DNA of 63,287 bases, filler included, from Collodictyon triciliatum (lineage: Eukaryota): the NCBI GenBank assembly GCA_043381765.1. It is 9 parts of 9 records of this genome, joined end to end, with 100 filler letters (N's around TTAATTAATTAA, not from the genome) between each part and the next. Parts side by side here need not be neighbours in the genome. Positions count along the whole stretch, not along the records: positions 7,194 to 14,286 come from JBHJMP010004068.1; positions 14,387 to 21,553 come from JBHJMP010004069.1; positions 21,654 to 28,744 come from JBHJMP010004070.1; 6 more parts are not named here. One strand, written 5' to 3'. Positions 9,632 through 21,989 of the stretch are shown here, piece after piece. The notes under the pieces are model-generated. The model saw only the letters and a list, made by a program, of their open reading frames with translations. It did not search any database and was not told the origin of the DNA. Each line of letters starts with the position of its first letter. Position 1 is the stretch's first letter. The position numbers were made by a program, and so were the translations under genes.

Positions 9632-11211
9632 CTATGGTTCTGCGTATAGCTTCTTTAATTTAACAAATGTGGCGACCGACTCTGGTATTAAATGAGCAAT
9701 TGATTCGCTGGCCCGGACCTTTTCTCTGACCTGTGTTGAGGATATGTCTGCAAATCTGAATAGTTTTGACCATTAGTTATGTACACAGCATATATGAATC
9801 GGTATAACTTAGTTGTGTGTAAGATGAGATTGGGATGTATTCCATTTTCTTCATTTATTAATTTTTATTTTACTTTATGCCTATTGCTCTGTTAATTTTG
9901 ATTTTTAGTTGATTCAAATAGACAAACCCTCGACTCATCTCCATAATACGAACGTTGCTCGAGTAAGGAACTGTTGCAACCTTTATATCAACGGTTTCAA
10001 GTTTAAATCAATCAATCAATCTTTATGGATCTGCTGGCATAAAAGTGTGTTGGTATTTGTACAATCCGCAGCTGAATGCAGCAATTTAGATAATCATACC
10101 TTTCCCATAAAGGCAGATATTTCTTCTTTTCCGTCACTACCACGGTTAAAGCAGACAAGGCTGCATTTTGAGAAGAGCCTAAATTATTTAAGAATAATAT
10201 ATTTCTCGTCTACGTGGCGAATTGATATTTGGGTTTGTGTGCATTGAAGTATTTGTGACCGTACATAGACATCGCTGTGTCAAGGTTGTCATAATATTTG
10301 GGATTAAAAATGCGCACTAATGTGTCAAATCCCACAATAAAATTTAACGAGTCTCCAGGATACACATCATTTAGGGCAGTCGCCTGTGTGGCAAGTGGGA
10401 ATAATAATAATCATAATAATAGTAATAGTAATGAAAACTAAACTTCAGAACATACATTCATATTTTATTTTCTTGTAAATTGAAAAAGTACAGAGACGAC
10501 ACAAATCGACACTATATAAACAGATGTGTGTCTATGAGCAAATGAATAAAGCACCAGAGTTACGTGGTTCGGATATACCAACCTGGTCAACAAAACGACC
10601 TTTGTTACATGCTGCAACCCCAAACTGCACCTCACTGTTACTTTGACTATTCTATCAACTCGAAAAAAAAAATAGCGGTAAGTTGATAGTAAAAAGGAGT
10701 TGCATGGCTTTGCTCTAGGAAAAAATATGAATCATAGGCCAGAGTCATAATTCAGATGAAATCGGCAAACATACAGGAAAAAAAAAAATAGAAGCATGTG
10801 TAATTAGCGAAGCATGGGTTTCACTATTCATTCTTATATATAAATGACATCGACCATTCTAAATAATATCGAATAAATGAAATATACATGTCCAGCTGCA
10901 AAGTCACAGAGCATCTCCAAACGAAGCTCCGCAGACAATTGTCCTGCTCCTTTGTCTGCGTTATCGATGGGCAGCAGCAAAAGGGCCCGAGTCGACGAAA
11001 GCGAGCGACACGCTTCCACACACATTTCCCTGTGAGAGATCGTCAGCGGGTTGAACGACCCTGAAAACACAACAAGTGGTGGTTTTCGTTCTTCGGCGTG
11101 GCCTCGTTTGCGTTCGGCATTCCCAGCAAAGTCTGATAAAACCACGGCTGCAGAAGACGATTGGGCGCGCAGTTGCGAAAGAGCAGAAGTGACTCTCGAC
11201 TGAATCATCAT
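9632..11211 (-). CDS. Cytidylyltransferase-like (HxGH-superfamily) nucleotidyltransferase, POF1-type NMN adenylyltransferase-like; spliced
   Basis: Successive exons encode VFSGSFNPLTISH, LPIDNADKG, NKGRFVDQ, FIVGFDTLVRIFNPKYY, VCFNRG and DISSTQVRE...LYAEP*, separated by GT-AG introns. Confidence 0.82.
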
Positions 11212-11395
11212 TGTTATATGTCGTCTAATTCGAATACGCAGTTAAGCTGTTTGTCCTTCGAACACCAACGGCCGAACTTGGTGGGGAGTTGGTGACAGTG
11301 CACATAACTAATTTTTATTTTATTTTATTTTGGCTATTGCTTGAATATCCCGTGCGATCCACAAATTTGACGAATGTCAAAAAAATTTAAAAATC

Positions 11396-11505
11396 AATCG
11401 CGTCGGTGGGAATCGAACCTGCAAAAATTCCTTCTGGAAGGTTCTGCTGGGATTAAATTTTATTGCCTCTACGCTGTGGTGTGCACCCCGCCGATCGATT
11501 TTTTT
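11396..11505. ncRNA. Candidate ~105-nt structured RNA or degenerate tRNA-like Pol III element
   Basis: Terminal panhandle 11396-11410 pairs with 11487-11500, followed by T7. Internal hairpin at ~11421-11447. B-box GGTTCGATTCC on the minus strand at 11409-11419. No full cloverleaf could be built. Confidence 0.3.
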
Positions 11506-11580
11506 CTCTGTACTTGCTTTTTGTTTACTAGAACGGTCTGCGGGGTGGGCACCTTGATGATATAACCTCGTCTCTCTCTC

Positions 11581-14080
11581 TCAAAAGAGACCGGAGTTTC
11601 GCATGCGAGATAGCAAGCAGGAGAATACGATGTAGAATACAAGCATTCCTAATATCCAGGACGATTCCACCGTAGCAAAAGTTAACCTTGGGGCAAACAC
11701 ACCCCAGAGCATTAGATGGTGCCTTTGAAGAAGACAGGACAGTGCTATACTCCACCAAAATGAGGCAATATGAGGCACTATCAAGAAGGACATGGTGCGT
11801 TCTGGGCTACAGTCGATTTGGGAGTACACAAACGAATGTCTAAATACCCTCGGAGTGGTGACCATGAACGCAATCGACAGATAAATCGAAAATCCCCATG
11901 TATTAATGAAAAGAAGAAATCCATTAAGATAAAAGTTGAATTCAGACAAACCAGTCATTCCTCGACTTATCTGTAAAGCTCCAAAAACAGGTGCATGGGT
12001 AGTGGCGTAAAATGCGTATTGAATGAAAAGAAACCACCAGGTGCACCAGATAAAAATATTTGATAAAGAAGCTGGCTCTTGTGTGCTGGTGTATTTTTCA
12101 AATTTAGTTCTTTCCTCCAAACAGGCAAATATTTCTGTCACAAATATTATAGTTGCCGACATGAGAACCGACACGAATATGGTGCTCATCCCACCGATAA
12201 TCCAGAGTAATGGAAGAGCGAATTGTGCGTCATCCAAGTATCTAACCATGATGTTTTGTTGGGTTGGTGTGACGTAGTAATTTCCTTTCAGTAAATGGTC
12301 ACTTGTAGGTTTCTTGGCTGGTATCACAGATATGATAACCCACAAAAATAGTATCCTCGGAGTCCACAAGTGTAAAAGACTAGTCACAACAAACACAACT
12401 GAATCTAACGGCATGTGTAATTGCAGAGTCTCCACGATGTAATAAATTTGGACCATGGCCACTGATATCAACCAGCGCGCGGTATATGTTTGGTTTGAAC
12501 CGAATTTTTTTTTCATGATAATAGTGTAAAATAGAGCGGGCAATGTTGTTTGGAGTAAAATCTGAAAAGACGATCAGAAAATTGATGTTTGAGGAATAAT
12601 TGAATGGCATCGTTACTATTTATTCATATGTCGGTGGAAATCTATATATATATATATCTGTTACAGCAATAAATGGGAGGGGTATTTTACTTTTCAAACC
12701 AAATAATTGAGCTACCTTGATCAATGGTATTGTGAAGGTCGTTTCAAGAAAAAGCTCCAATATGGGCTTCGGTCTTATTTCTGGTATGTCATGGTCACCA
12801 AGAGACTCCGAATATTCCCCAAAGGTCAGACAACGGATGCACAGGAGGGTTCCAATCAAAAGTCCGCTCGTTCTCTTTACAAAATTCTGAATATTTGCGC
12901 ACAATATCAATTGTCTTTTTTTTGTAATTTACCATGTATGTGTGATATTGACGCACAATCTTTTGGCCATTAAAAATGAATTATAATTGAATATGCACAT
13001 TCAAATAATCTACCAACCTTTTCTGGTGGTGACATACGAGTCTTTGATATCATATTATGGATTGGAGAAAAGACAAACATGACAGTCAAGGACAAAATCA
13101 AATATCGTAAAACATAAGGTTCACAAATAATGAAAGAATTCGAGAATAAAGCACAACAACGGAGAGTCCAGACGAAAATAGTTGTAACACAGGTTTTTGA
13201 TATAGACCATAATCGGAAATTGCCGGAGTAGTTTGTTTGGAATATGATAATTATAGCACCAAAACCGCCGAGGGCGACTGCGACCAAGCCCAGAATCATC
13301 GGCTTCAGTCGGAAGGTTGACCAGTACATTCTCCCAAGCGACAGAGCAGTACGATAATATTCATCTAGTAGTAGGTGTGTATGACTATTATACGAGGTTT
13401 GATTAATATTAAAGTCTGATGACCAGAATTCCCTCATTCTTTCGTCGAGGTCGATCTTCAAAAACCCAAGTTTATTGATAAGCACTTCACTGTTTGATAT
13501 CAATGTATTTCCCTTTCTTCTTTCTTCTATTTGAAACATCATGTACTCGTGAGTGAAATTTGCAACGAGGTAAGAGTTCATTAAAGCGCATGCAGGTCCA
13601 GGCTGGCAAAATCCATTCAGCTGGTTCTGCAGGGAAACAAGTTCCCCGATGGGGTTGCCCAAACTTCCCCACGGTATATCTGTACCCAGAAGAAAAGCGA
13701 GCGTAGGACCTATGTCGATTTGATTTATGGTTCGAACGGTCCTGGAATATTCTTCTTCCCTAGATGCAATAAGATTTTCTCATTGATTTCAGAAAAGATA
13801 AGGAAAAGATGAAAAGAAATTGGCCAGGTTGGATGGTACATTCGTAAGAAATAAGGGTTATGTTTCTATGTGTGCACTTTACTTAACGGTATGGTACATA
13901 TAATAAGGAGGTCGTACTAAACTATTAAAGAACTCTAATAAAAAAAAAAAAAGATTTTATACATTCCACCAAGAGTGTCTGCGTCTGGCCAACCACACTT
14001 TGAAAATGCATACAAAAATGTGAATATCTCATCAGGACTAGAGCCCCCGTGGTTTCCCTCCTCTGTAGTTCCGTGGTCTC
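11581..14080 (-). CDS. PIGO: GPI ethanolamine-phosphate transferase 3 (PIG-O/Gpi13), 5'-truncated; spliced
   Basis: GDHGTTEEGNHGGSS, INQIDIGPTLAFLLGTDIPWGSLG, many TM helices, FYATTH, and C-terminal QRHHLMLWGVFAPRL. Confidence 0.85.
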
Positions 14081-14117
14081 CTGTTATAAAGGTCAATTGG
14101 TTTCTAAATAAACTTTA

Positions 14118-14286
14118 ATAGGGATAGTGATAGTGATAGTGATAGGGATAGGGATAGGGATAGGGATAGTGATAGTGATAGTGATAGTGATAGTGATAGT
14201 GATAGTGATAGTGATAGTGATAGTGATAGTGATAGTGATAGTGATAGTGATAGTGATAGTAATAGTAATAGTAATAGTAATAGTAA
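14118..14286 (+). repeat. (GATAGT)n-type hexamer microsatellite at contig end
   Basis: Direct reading. Confidence 0.9.
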
Positions 14287-14386
14287 NNNNNNNNNNNNNN
14301 NNNNNNNNNNNNNNNNNNNNNNNNNNNNNNTTAATTAATTAANNNNNNNNNNNNNNNNNNNNNNNNNNNNNNNNNNNNNNNNNNNN
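14287..14386. other. Artificial contig-joining spacer
   Basis: 44 N + TTAATTAATTAA + 44 N. Confidence 0.97.
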
Positions 14387-14388
14387 GC

Positions 14389-14565
14389 ATTCACATTGTG
14401 CATGACGAAGCCAAGGACAAGGCCTTCGAGTTGGAGATGAGCTGGCTCAGCGAGGAGACCAAATGGCAGCACCGCTCAGTGCCCAGGGATGTGAAGGACC
14501 AGGCCGAGGCTGCGGCGAAGGCATCCCTGGAAGAAGACATGGGCGATGACGAAGACGAGGCCTAA
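14389..14565 (+). CDS. PSMA3: 20S proteasome subunit alpha-7 (alpha type-3), last exon
   Basis: Manual translation [58 protein letters not shown] matches the alpha7 C-terminus. Not in the ORF track. Confidence 0.9.
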   Translation: MHIVHDEAKDKAFELEMSWLSEETKWQHRSVPRDVKDQAEAAAKASLEEDMGDDEDEA

Positions 14566-14707
14566 AGAAAGCGACGCAGGGCGGCACAAGAAAAGACGAG
14601 GAGAAAAGAAAAGAGAAAAAGCATCGCCCTCATAAAGAATCGCAACATCGGACTTTACTTTATTGTTTTCATCCTGTCTTCCCCTCCTCGCCTGGCTGCC
14701 AGGCAGC

Positions 14708-16128
14708 TTATGCATCATCGACGATGTGGTATGAGAAAGGGCGCAGCATCAGCCACTCGCCAGCGGCTCCGCTCTGCAGAAACGTCACGACCGAGTGGAG
14801 TCGGCCGTTCGTGGCATTGCGGACGTCGATCGTGACGTAGCGGCTCTGCTTCCCGCCGTCTCCCGGAACAACCTGCGCGAACCACGACCCGATGTTTGCT
14901 GCAATCGCGCACAGATATCGCTCCGAGGGCGGCGCAAAGGTCGGGCAGCTCACTTGCACGTACGCAAAGCCTTGCTTGGCCTCCAGGCGATGTGACCCGT
15001 CCTCCTGTTCCACGCGGATGTGGATGGTCAGGCATTCGTGGCGGTACCAAGTTGGCCAGCCTTGAATGTGATTTGATGTGATTTAGTGTGATTTGGTGTG
15101 ATGTGGTGTGATTTGATGTAATGTGATGTTTGTAATTTGATGTGATTTATTGTGATGTGATTTATTGTGATGTGATGTGATGTGATGTGATTTAGTGTGA
15201 TTTAGTGTGATTTAGTGTGATTTAGTGTGATTTAGTGTGATTTAGTGTTATGTCAGAACGTACTTTCAAACCCATCAACCTTTGCAATCTCCTGTGCGGT
15301 GATGCGTGTTGCGGTCCCATGAGTCTCTGCAGCCTCGGTAGATGGAATCAGAGTGGATACACCGCCTTCTCCCCAGTTTCGAGACCTGTGATATATGGTC
15401 AGTGATGTCAAAGAAAAAAAANNNNNNNNNNNNNNNNNNNNNNNNNNNNNNNNNNNNNNNNNNNNNNNNNNNNNNNNNNNNNNNNNNNNNNNNNNNNNNN
15501 NNNNNNNNNNNNNNNNNNNNNNNNNNNNNNNNNNNNNNNNNNNNNNNNNNNNNNNNNNNNNNNNNNNNNNNNNNNNNNNNNNNNNNNNNNNNNNNNNNNN
15601 NNNNNNNNNNNNNNNNNNNNNNNNNNNNNNNNNNNNNNNNNNNNNNNNNNNNNNNNNNNNNNNNNNNNNNNNNNNNNNNNNNNNNNNNNNNNNNNNNNNN
15701 NNNNNNNNNNNNNNNNNNNNNNNNNNNNNNNNNNNNNNNNNNNNNNNNNNNNNNNNNNNNNNNNNNNNNNNNNNNNNNNNNNNNNNNNNNNNNNNNNNNN
15801 NNNNNNNNNNNNNNNNNNNNNNNNNNNNNNNNNNNNNNNNNNNNNNNNNNNNNNNNNNNNNNNNNNNNNNNNNNNNNNNNNNNNNNNNNNNNNNNNNNNN
15901 NNNNNNNNNNNNNNNNNNCCCTTGCCCAGCCGATTCGCACGGCCCGGAGCAGAGTGTCTGTACCTCCTGCGGATCAGCCTGGATGCGGGCCGCAAGGACG
16001 TCGATGCCGTTGCAGCCGTGGGAGAAGAGGAATATCTCGCCCCGCATGTTCTTTGCGTCGCCCTCGCAGCCTTCCCAGACGCTCGTCTGTCGGGCCGGCA
16101 GGCTGCTCTGCCCAGCGGCTTCGGCCAT
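14708..16128 (-). CDS. Gamma-glutamylcyclotransferase (GGCT/AIG2-like fold) family protein; spliced, spans an N gap
   Basis: LFSHGCN (corresponds to YFAYGSN), SRNWGEGGVSTL, THGTATRITAQEIAKVDGFE, WYRHECLTI, FAYV and PPSERYLCAI occur in GGCT order. Confidence 0.65.
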
Positions 16129-16377
16129 GACTCCGCCCGGTGCCCGTTTGCGCAGATCCGTCTGCTTGTGTGTTGCCGAGTGTTTATTGTGCTGTGTGTT
16201 GTGTGTTTGCTGACTCTGTCTTGCCCGGCCCTCAGAAAAAAAAAAAGAAAAAGAAAAAAAGGCGATAGAGAGAAGCAAAAGAAAAAAATAAAAAAGGGAT
16301 AATGTTGGTTGAAAGGAGAATGAGTGGGGCTTTCTTCTGTCCTCTTGTTCTTCTGTTCTTCTGTTCTGTCACGACGG

Positions 16378-19300
16378 CTAGCTCTGGTCGAGCGCAATCT
16401 TCTCGCGCATGACGCGGGCTGCCACGGCGGCGTCCTCTGCTTGGATGCTGTATCTCGTGGCGAGGGCGGCTTCGTCCATGGAGCAAAACTCCTCCGCAGA
16501 GAGCGTGTCCTCCTCTGCAAGAGCCTTGCTGGCGGCAACCGCCCCGTTCTCGCGCAGATACTCGACAAGCTCGCCGTTGTACATATCCAACAGACGAGGG
16601 TATTTCACCGGCAGCATTTCGTCCAGCGCCTCCTGCGGCAGCTCGTAGCCCGAAAGAATCAGGTTCTGCAAAAAGATAAAGATGGACCGCAGCGTCGGTC
16701 GCGTCTTGTAGTTCTGCCGCCAGCAGGCCTTGATCAGATGCTGGATCTCCTTGGGCGTGTGCGCCGGAATCTCGGGTCTGCCTCCGCGAATCGTCTTTGC
16801 CTGTGGCAGTGGATGGTTTGCAAACGGCTCTGCTCCACAGAACATGTACCACAGCACAAGTCCAAAGGCATAGACATTGCTGGGTTCTCCGCGGTGGCCG
16901 ATGTTCGCCCCGTCCTCCCCGTAAATGCTTGCGTCTTCGTAATGCGGCTTGCACACAACATCGTGGATCTCGGGTGCCTGCCAGTTCGTTGTGCCGGACT
17001 GCTTCCATTCCCCAAACTTGGTGGGGAGGTTAGACCCCACCTTGTCCCCGTCGCGGCGGCTCACGATTCCAAAGTCAGATATCTTTGCAGTCCCATCGCA
17101 TAGCATGATGTTTTCGGCCTTCAAATCTTCGTGGTACAGGTTCTTTGAGTGCATGAATATCAGTCCCTGGCAAATCTGTTTGGAGTAACGGACGATGTCT
17201 GGAACAGCCAGCGTCTTGGTCTCTGTGCTGTCGCTCAGTAATTTCTTGAGTGACACACCAGCGTCTTCCATAACCATGTAAAACTGATTGCCCTTTCGGT
17301 AGACGCCCAATAGCTCAACAATATATTCGCATTCGCGGCATTCATAGAGGAATTTGCTCTCTAAAATCATGGAGCCAACCACCTCAGCAATCGTAGAATA
17401 TTGAGTTGCCTTGATGGGCTGCACCTTGACAACAACATCGCGGTCATGTATCTTGGTTTTGTGCACAACTGCAACTCCCTCGGTTGAGATGACCTCTCCT
17501 AGTTGTACTTCTTCGCTAACCCAGATTTCCTTAAGTTCCGCGTCTATGTTCTCAGCAAGTTCACCTAGGATTAGACTCAACAAAATTAGTAATCAAGTAC
17601 TTATCCACTTGCTTATCCCTAGAGGCATGATGAGCCCTTGTAAATGTATATATATATATATATTTAAAAATTCTCGGATTGCTACCTTCGTGCACATCCT
17701 TTTTGTTCTCAGTTTCGGACTGAAGGGCCGCTTTTACTATCGGCCCGATAACAGGGAGCATAATTTCTTCCTTCTTGGGCTCCTCCTTCTTGGGTTCTTC
17801 TTTCTTGGGCTCTTCCTTCTTGGGCTCTTCCTTCTTGGGCTCTTCTTTCTTGGGTTCTTCCTTCTTGGGCTCTTCTTTCTTGGGCTCTTCCTTCTTGGGC
17901 TCTTCTTTCTTGGGCTCTTCTTTCTTGGGTTCTTCCTTCTTGGGTTCTTCTTTCTTGGGCTCTTCTTTCTTGGGCTCTTCTTTCTTGGGCTCTTCCTTCT
18001 TGGGCTGTTCCTTCTTGGGCTGTTCCTTCTTGGGCTCTTCTTTTTCCTTCACTGGGGACGATACCTCAACTGGCTTTACGTCTTTTGATTTCGGATCCGC
18101 GAAAAGTTTCTTTGGTGTTTGAGGCGATGATGAAGTTCAGTGCGAGGGCTCAGACATATTTGGATGCGATGTGAAATATCTAATGATGGGAAGCTATCAA
18201 GGACTAGACAAACCCCTTTGCTGCTTGATTCAGATCTGAGCTTTGTGGGAGTTTCTGTGTTATCAAAGGTTAAGGCAAACATTATGATTCATTTTTTTGA
18301 AGAATACGAAAACGAATTAGGATGATCTAAACAAAATCTCAAAACTTTCACATACCCTCTTCAATAAAGACTCTGCCTCTTTTCACTTTTCTGATATCCA
18401 GAATGTGACCCATGGAACACTTGTTCAAGTCCGATGTTTCAAAAGTGGAAGTTGTTTGAATGAATCCCCCAGTGCCCTTCGCACGACACTCGTGGCACTC
18501 CATCCGTGAATGTTTGAAAAAGTTTTGGCGGATTGAGATGATCTTGTGGCGAAGATATTCTAAGGCCTTGAATATGTCGATGTACTCCTTCTTCTCAGAG
18601 ATGACAACATACTTTCGAACTGTGATAGTCAGTTTGTGCTTATGAATTTGGAAGAGAATCTTCAGGTCATCTCCTGGCACATAATTAATGGTTTCCTCTG
18701 TCAAGTCTTTCACAGGACTCAAGCCTATCAAGGCAAGGTTTCGTAGATAAATGTTCTCGCCTTGGCGTTTTATAGAGGTGGTGTTTGACATCTTGATTAT
18801 GTTAAGTATGATATTGCTACTGTCAGCGGCTTGTATTTCTCTTTCACTGATCAAATCGATGTAGATTTCGGCTGCACAATTTGACTCTGCTTTTGGGCTC
18901 CAAAGAGCTTTTGTTGCTTCACCTTCACCCATTAAGGAGGGAAATACGATTGTATCCTGGCTGGACACCAAACCTAGGCCAAATGCATCAAATACAAACA
19001 AAAGTGTAGAGAAAGCTTGTTCAGTAATCTCAAGGCCAAAGTCCTTATTGACTTTCTTTTTGAAGTCTGCGATAGAGATTGTGCCGTTTGTTTGTGCGCC
19101 AGATTCCTGAACAGAAAATACACTACGGAACACGTGGACCAAAAAGAAAGGGTCCAGGAAGACTACACATCTAAGATTCTCGAAAGATGGCTGCCACACA
19201 ACAGTCCCAAGGCTGTGAAGGAAGGTAAGGACGGCTGTCACTTGAGATTGATTCATTTCCAGTTTGTCTCTTGCATATTCATAGATGTGATCAACGTTGA

Positions 19301-21380
19301 TATACTTTTGAGTTTTCCCATGGGCTTCCAGGAATGATTTCAGCTGGAGATAGGATGCTGGAATGACTTCGCTGATGTGATCCAGTCGGAGCATTCCTTG
19401 GTAGATGATCTGTTTGAGGTTGGATATACCCTTTCCATCTAGGTTGCTCACAGAGACAGTAGAGTCTAGGAATGTGTGGATTTTGTTCTCCTTTTTGATT
19501 TTTTCAATATCTTTTTTCATCTCTTCAGCGAACCGAGGGTTTTGCTTGTCACTATGGGTGCCGATCATTATGATTGTGGAACCAGGGGCATAGTCGTCAA
19601 GGAGTTTGGTCCAATGGGAAACATCGTTCTTGTCTTTGCCTTGGTCTAGGCGATAGACTATCAAAGCAAGAGCACCAGCTGATAAAAAGAAGGGGCGTAC
19701 TGGCTGGAATTGTTTGCTCCCGCCAAAGTCCCACATCTTGACAGAGATAGAATCTTCCTGTGAATCGCCGAGAGACATATCAAAGAAGTCCAGCTCTGTG
19801 ACTTGGACACCATCAGTGGGTTCCGGGTTTCCGACCACGGCGCTCTTGAATGACGCACCGGCCTGAGCCAACGATTTCGTAAGGGTGGTTTTACCTGCTC
19901 CTGGGTTACCCAACAAGACTAACCTTCCTTGAGTCCATTTCTGAGGAGACGTCTTTGCTTCATTTGCACCAGATATTGGTACCGTATTTGTGGTTTGTAA
20001 GTTCTCAGGCTCGGGTGTTTGTGTGATAGGATTTCCTTGGAGGAGAATGACGCTCTTGAGTCTGTTGAGCTTTGTAATTACTGGCGGTAGGACCTCGATG
20101 GCATTGTCGGAGAGATCGATTCTTTGTGCATTCTTGAGGTTGACGATGTCAATAGGGATTGCAGAGATTTTGTTTCCAGACAGATCAAGAACCTGGATCC
20201 AAGACATTTTTAAGAGCACCAGAGGTATCTCCACAAACTGATTTCGTCTCAAGTTCAGCTTCGAGAGATTGGAGAGGATCAGAACGGACTCTGGGAGGGT
20301 AGATAGCATGTTTTCAGACAGGTCGATAGAAGTCATACTGCCCCAGCGCTCCAACAAAAACGAAACGCTGGTGATGCTTTCGTTGACATGAACGCGGTCG
20401 TAGAAATCGAGGGCGTGAATAGCGCGCCGTTGCTCTGGGTCTAAGGGTGAGGCCCAGCATGGAAGTGTCGAGAGTCCGCGAGGCGACCGCTTCACTGCCG
20501 TCTTCCCTTCAGAAGCAATACGGAAGTCCTGCAGGCTCTTGAGGCGAGTGATTCCCTCAGGGAGGACATCGAGCTGCAAAGCATGCAAGACGATGAGGGC
20601 AAAGAAAAGGGAGCCGTCAATATTTAATCACACATTTATCAAAGAAAGAAAAAAAACACATACACAAATCACATCATCATCATCACATCACCACCACATC
20701 ATTACATTATCATCTTCACACCACCACATCATCGCATTATCACATCACCATCACATGACCACATCACCACCCACCGGCGTGTTCTGGATGCAGAGGGCAG
20801 AGAGGCCGGTCAGGAGCAGGACCCAACGGGGGAGATAGGCGACGGGGTTGTCGTGGAGATAGAGGGCGGAGAGAGCCGTGAGGGTGGAGACGCCGGCGGG
20901 GACCGCGGCAAAGCGGTTGTGGGCGATGTCCAGCAGGGTCAGGGCGGAGAGGGCGGAGATCCAGTGGGGCAGGTCGGCCAGCGCGTTGTGGCCCAGGCGC
21001 AGCTGCAGTAGGCGGCCCAGCAGCGACACCGGCTCCGGCATCCGCTCCAGCCCCCGCGCCTCCAGATCCAGCGCCGTGCGCCTCAGCAGCCCCCGGTCGC
21101 CCCCGGCCCACTCCGGCCGCAGCGCCTCGAGCAACCCCACCAGGTTCTCTGCTTGGGTCCCGGCCGGTGCCTCCGCTTCCGCTTCGGCCTCCATCTCCAC
21201 TTCCACTTCCATTCCCGCCTCTCGAACGACGTCCTCGTGATCCGCTTCTGGTTTGTCTGCTGCTGCTGTTGTTGCTGCTGCTGCCGCCTCATGTCCTGCC
21301 TTTCGGCGTCGCGTGTTGCCTGATTTCTTGCCCATGGGTGGTCTCTTGAGCTGGACGGTTGGGTTGCGTCGGGCTGTCAT
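16378..21380 (-). CDS. Roco protein: LRR, ROC GTPase, COR, (PKKEE)18 linker, protein kinase, SAM-like tail (~1491 aa, 5 exons)
   Basis: Predicted exons 21380-20775, 20573-18356, 18254-18214, 18109-17686 and 17564-16378 all have GT-AG ends and total 4476 nt in frame. ROC motifs GNPGAGKTT, PTDGV, WDFGG, GTHSD. COR motifs IPASY...FLHSLG...VFLDP. Kinase motifs VVVK, HEDLKAEN, DFG, APE. Confidence 0.85.
17765..18034 (-). repeat. Coding 15-nt tandem repeat, (PKKEE/Q)x18
   Basis: Direct reading. Variation between units is mostly synonymous. Confidence 0.93.
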
Positions 21381-21553
21381 TGGTTGTCAATGGTGATCTG
21401 GTTCCCCACCCAACATTTTTTTCTCTTTCTTTTTCTCTCTTTTTCTCTCTTTTTCTCTCTTTTTCTCTCTTTTTCTCTCTTTTTCTCTCTTTTTCTCTCT
21501 TTTTCTCTCTTTTTCTCTCTTTTTCTCTTTCTTTCTTTCTCTTTTTCTTTCTC

Positions 21554-21653
21554 NNNNNNNNNNNNNNNNNNNNNNNNNNNNNNNNNNNNNNNNNNNNTTA
21601 ATTAATTAANNNNNNNNNNNNNNNNNNNNNNNNNNNNNNNNNNNNNNNNNNNN
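21554..21653. other. Artificial contig-joining spacer
   Basis: 44 N + TTAATTAATTAA + 44 N. Confidence 0.97.
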
Positions 21654-21732
21654 AAAAAGAGGCCAGTAAGAAAATAATGCAAATTCTAATCATTATTAAT
21701 ATCCGTGTCATACGGTCATATGATTAATGTTG

Positions 21733-21811
<79 letters not shown>

Positions 21812-21989
21812 GTTGTTGTTGTTGTTGTTGTTGTTGTTATTCGATGTGTTGCTTCATAATACCACCCACTTCATATATTTCCTTTGTTTCATATGTGACG
21901 GATGATTCAAAAAAGAAATAAAAATTTCATGTGCAACAGACCTAACAATAGCTGGTAATCAAAACATAAGGAAAACTTTTGAACACCAG

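Noticed and set aside
11396-11505. Functional canonical tRNA
   Set aside because: A B-box is present, but the T-stem (GCAGG/CCCAC) and acceptor stem mismatch and no D or anticodon arm can be built.
15067-15250. Telomeric repeat
   Set aside because: It is a degenerate (TGTGA/TTTAG) tract inside an intron of the GGCT-like gene, not a terminal G-rich array.
15253-16568. Long ORFs running through the N gap, and antisense ORFs over the GC-rich kinase
   Set aside because: These are artefacts of Ns and high GC. The real genes are the GGCT-like and Roco models.
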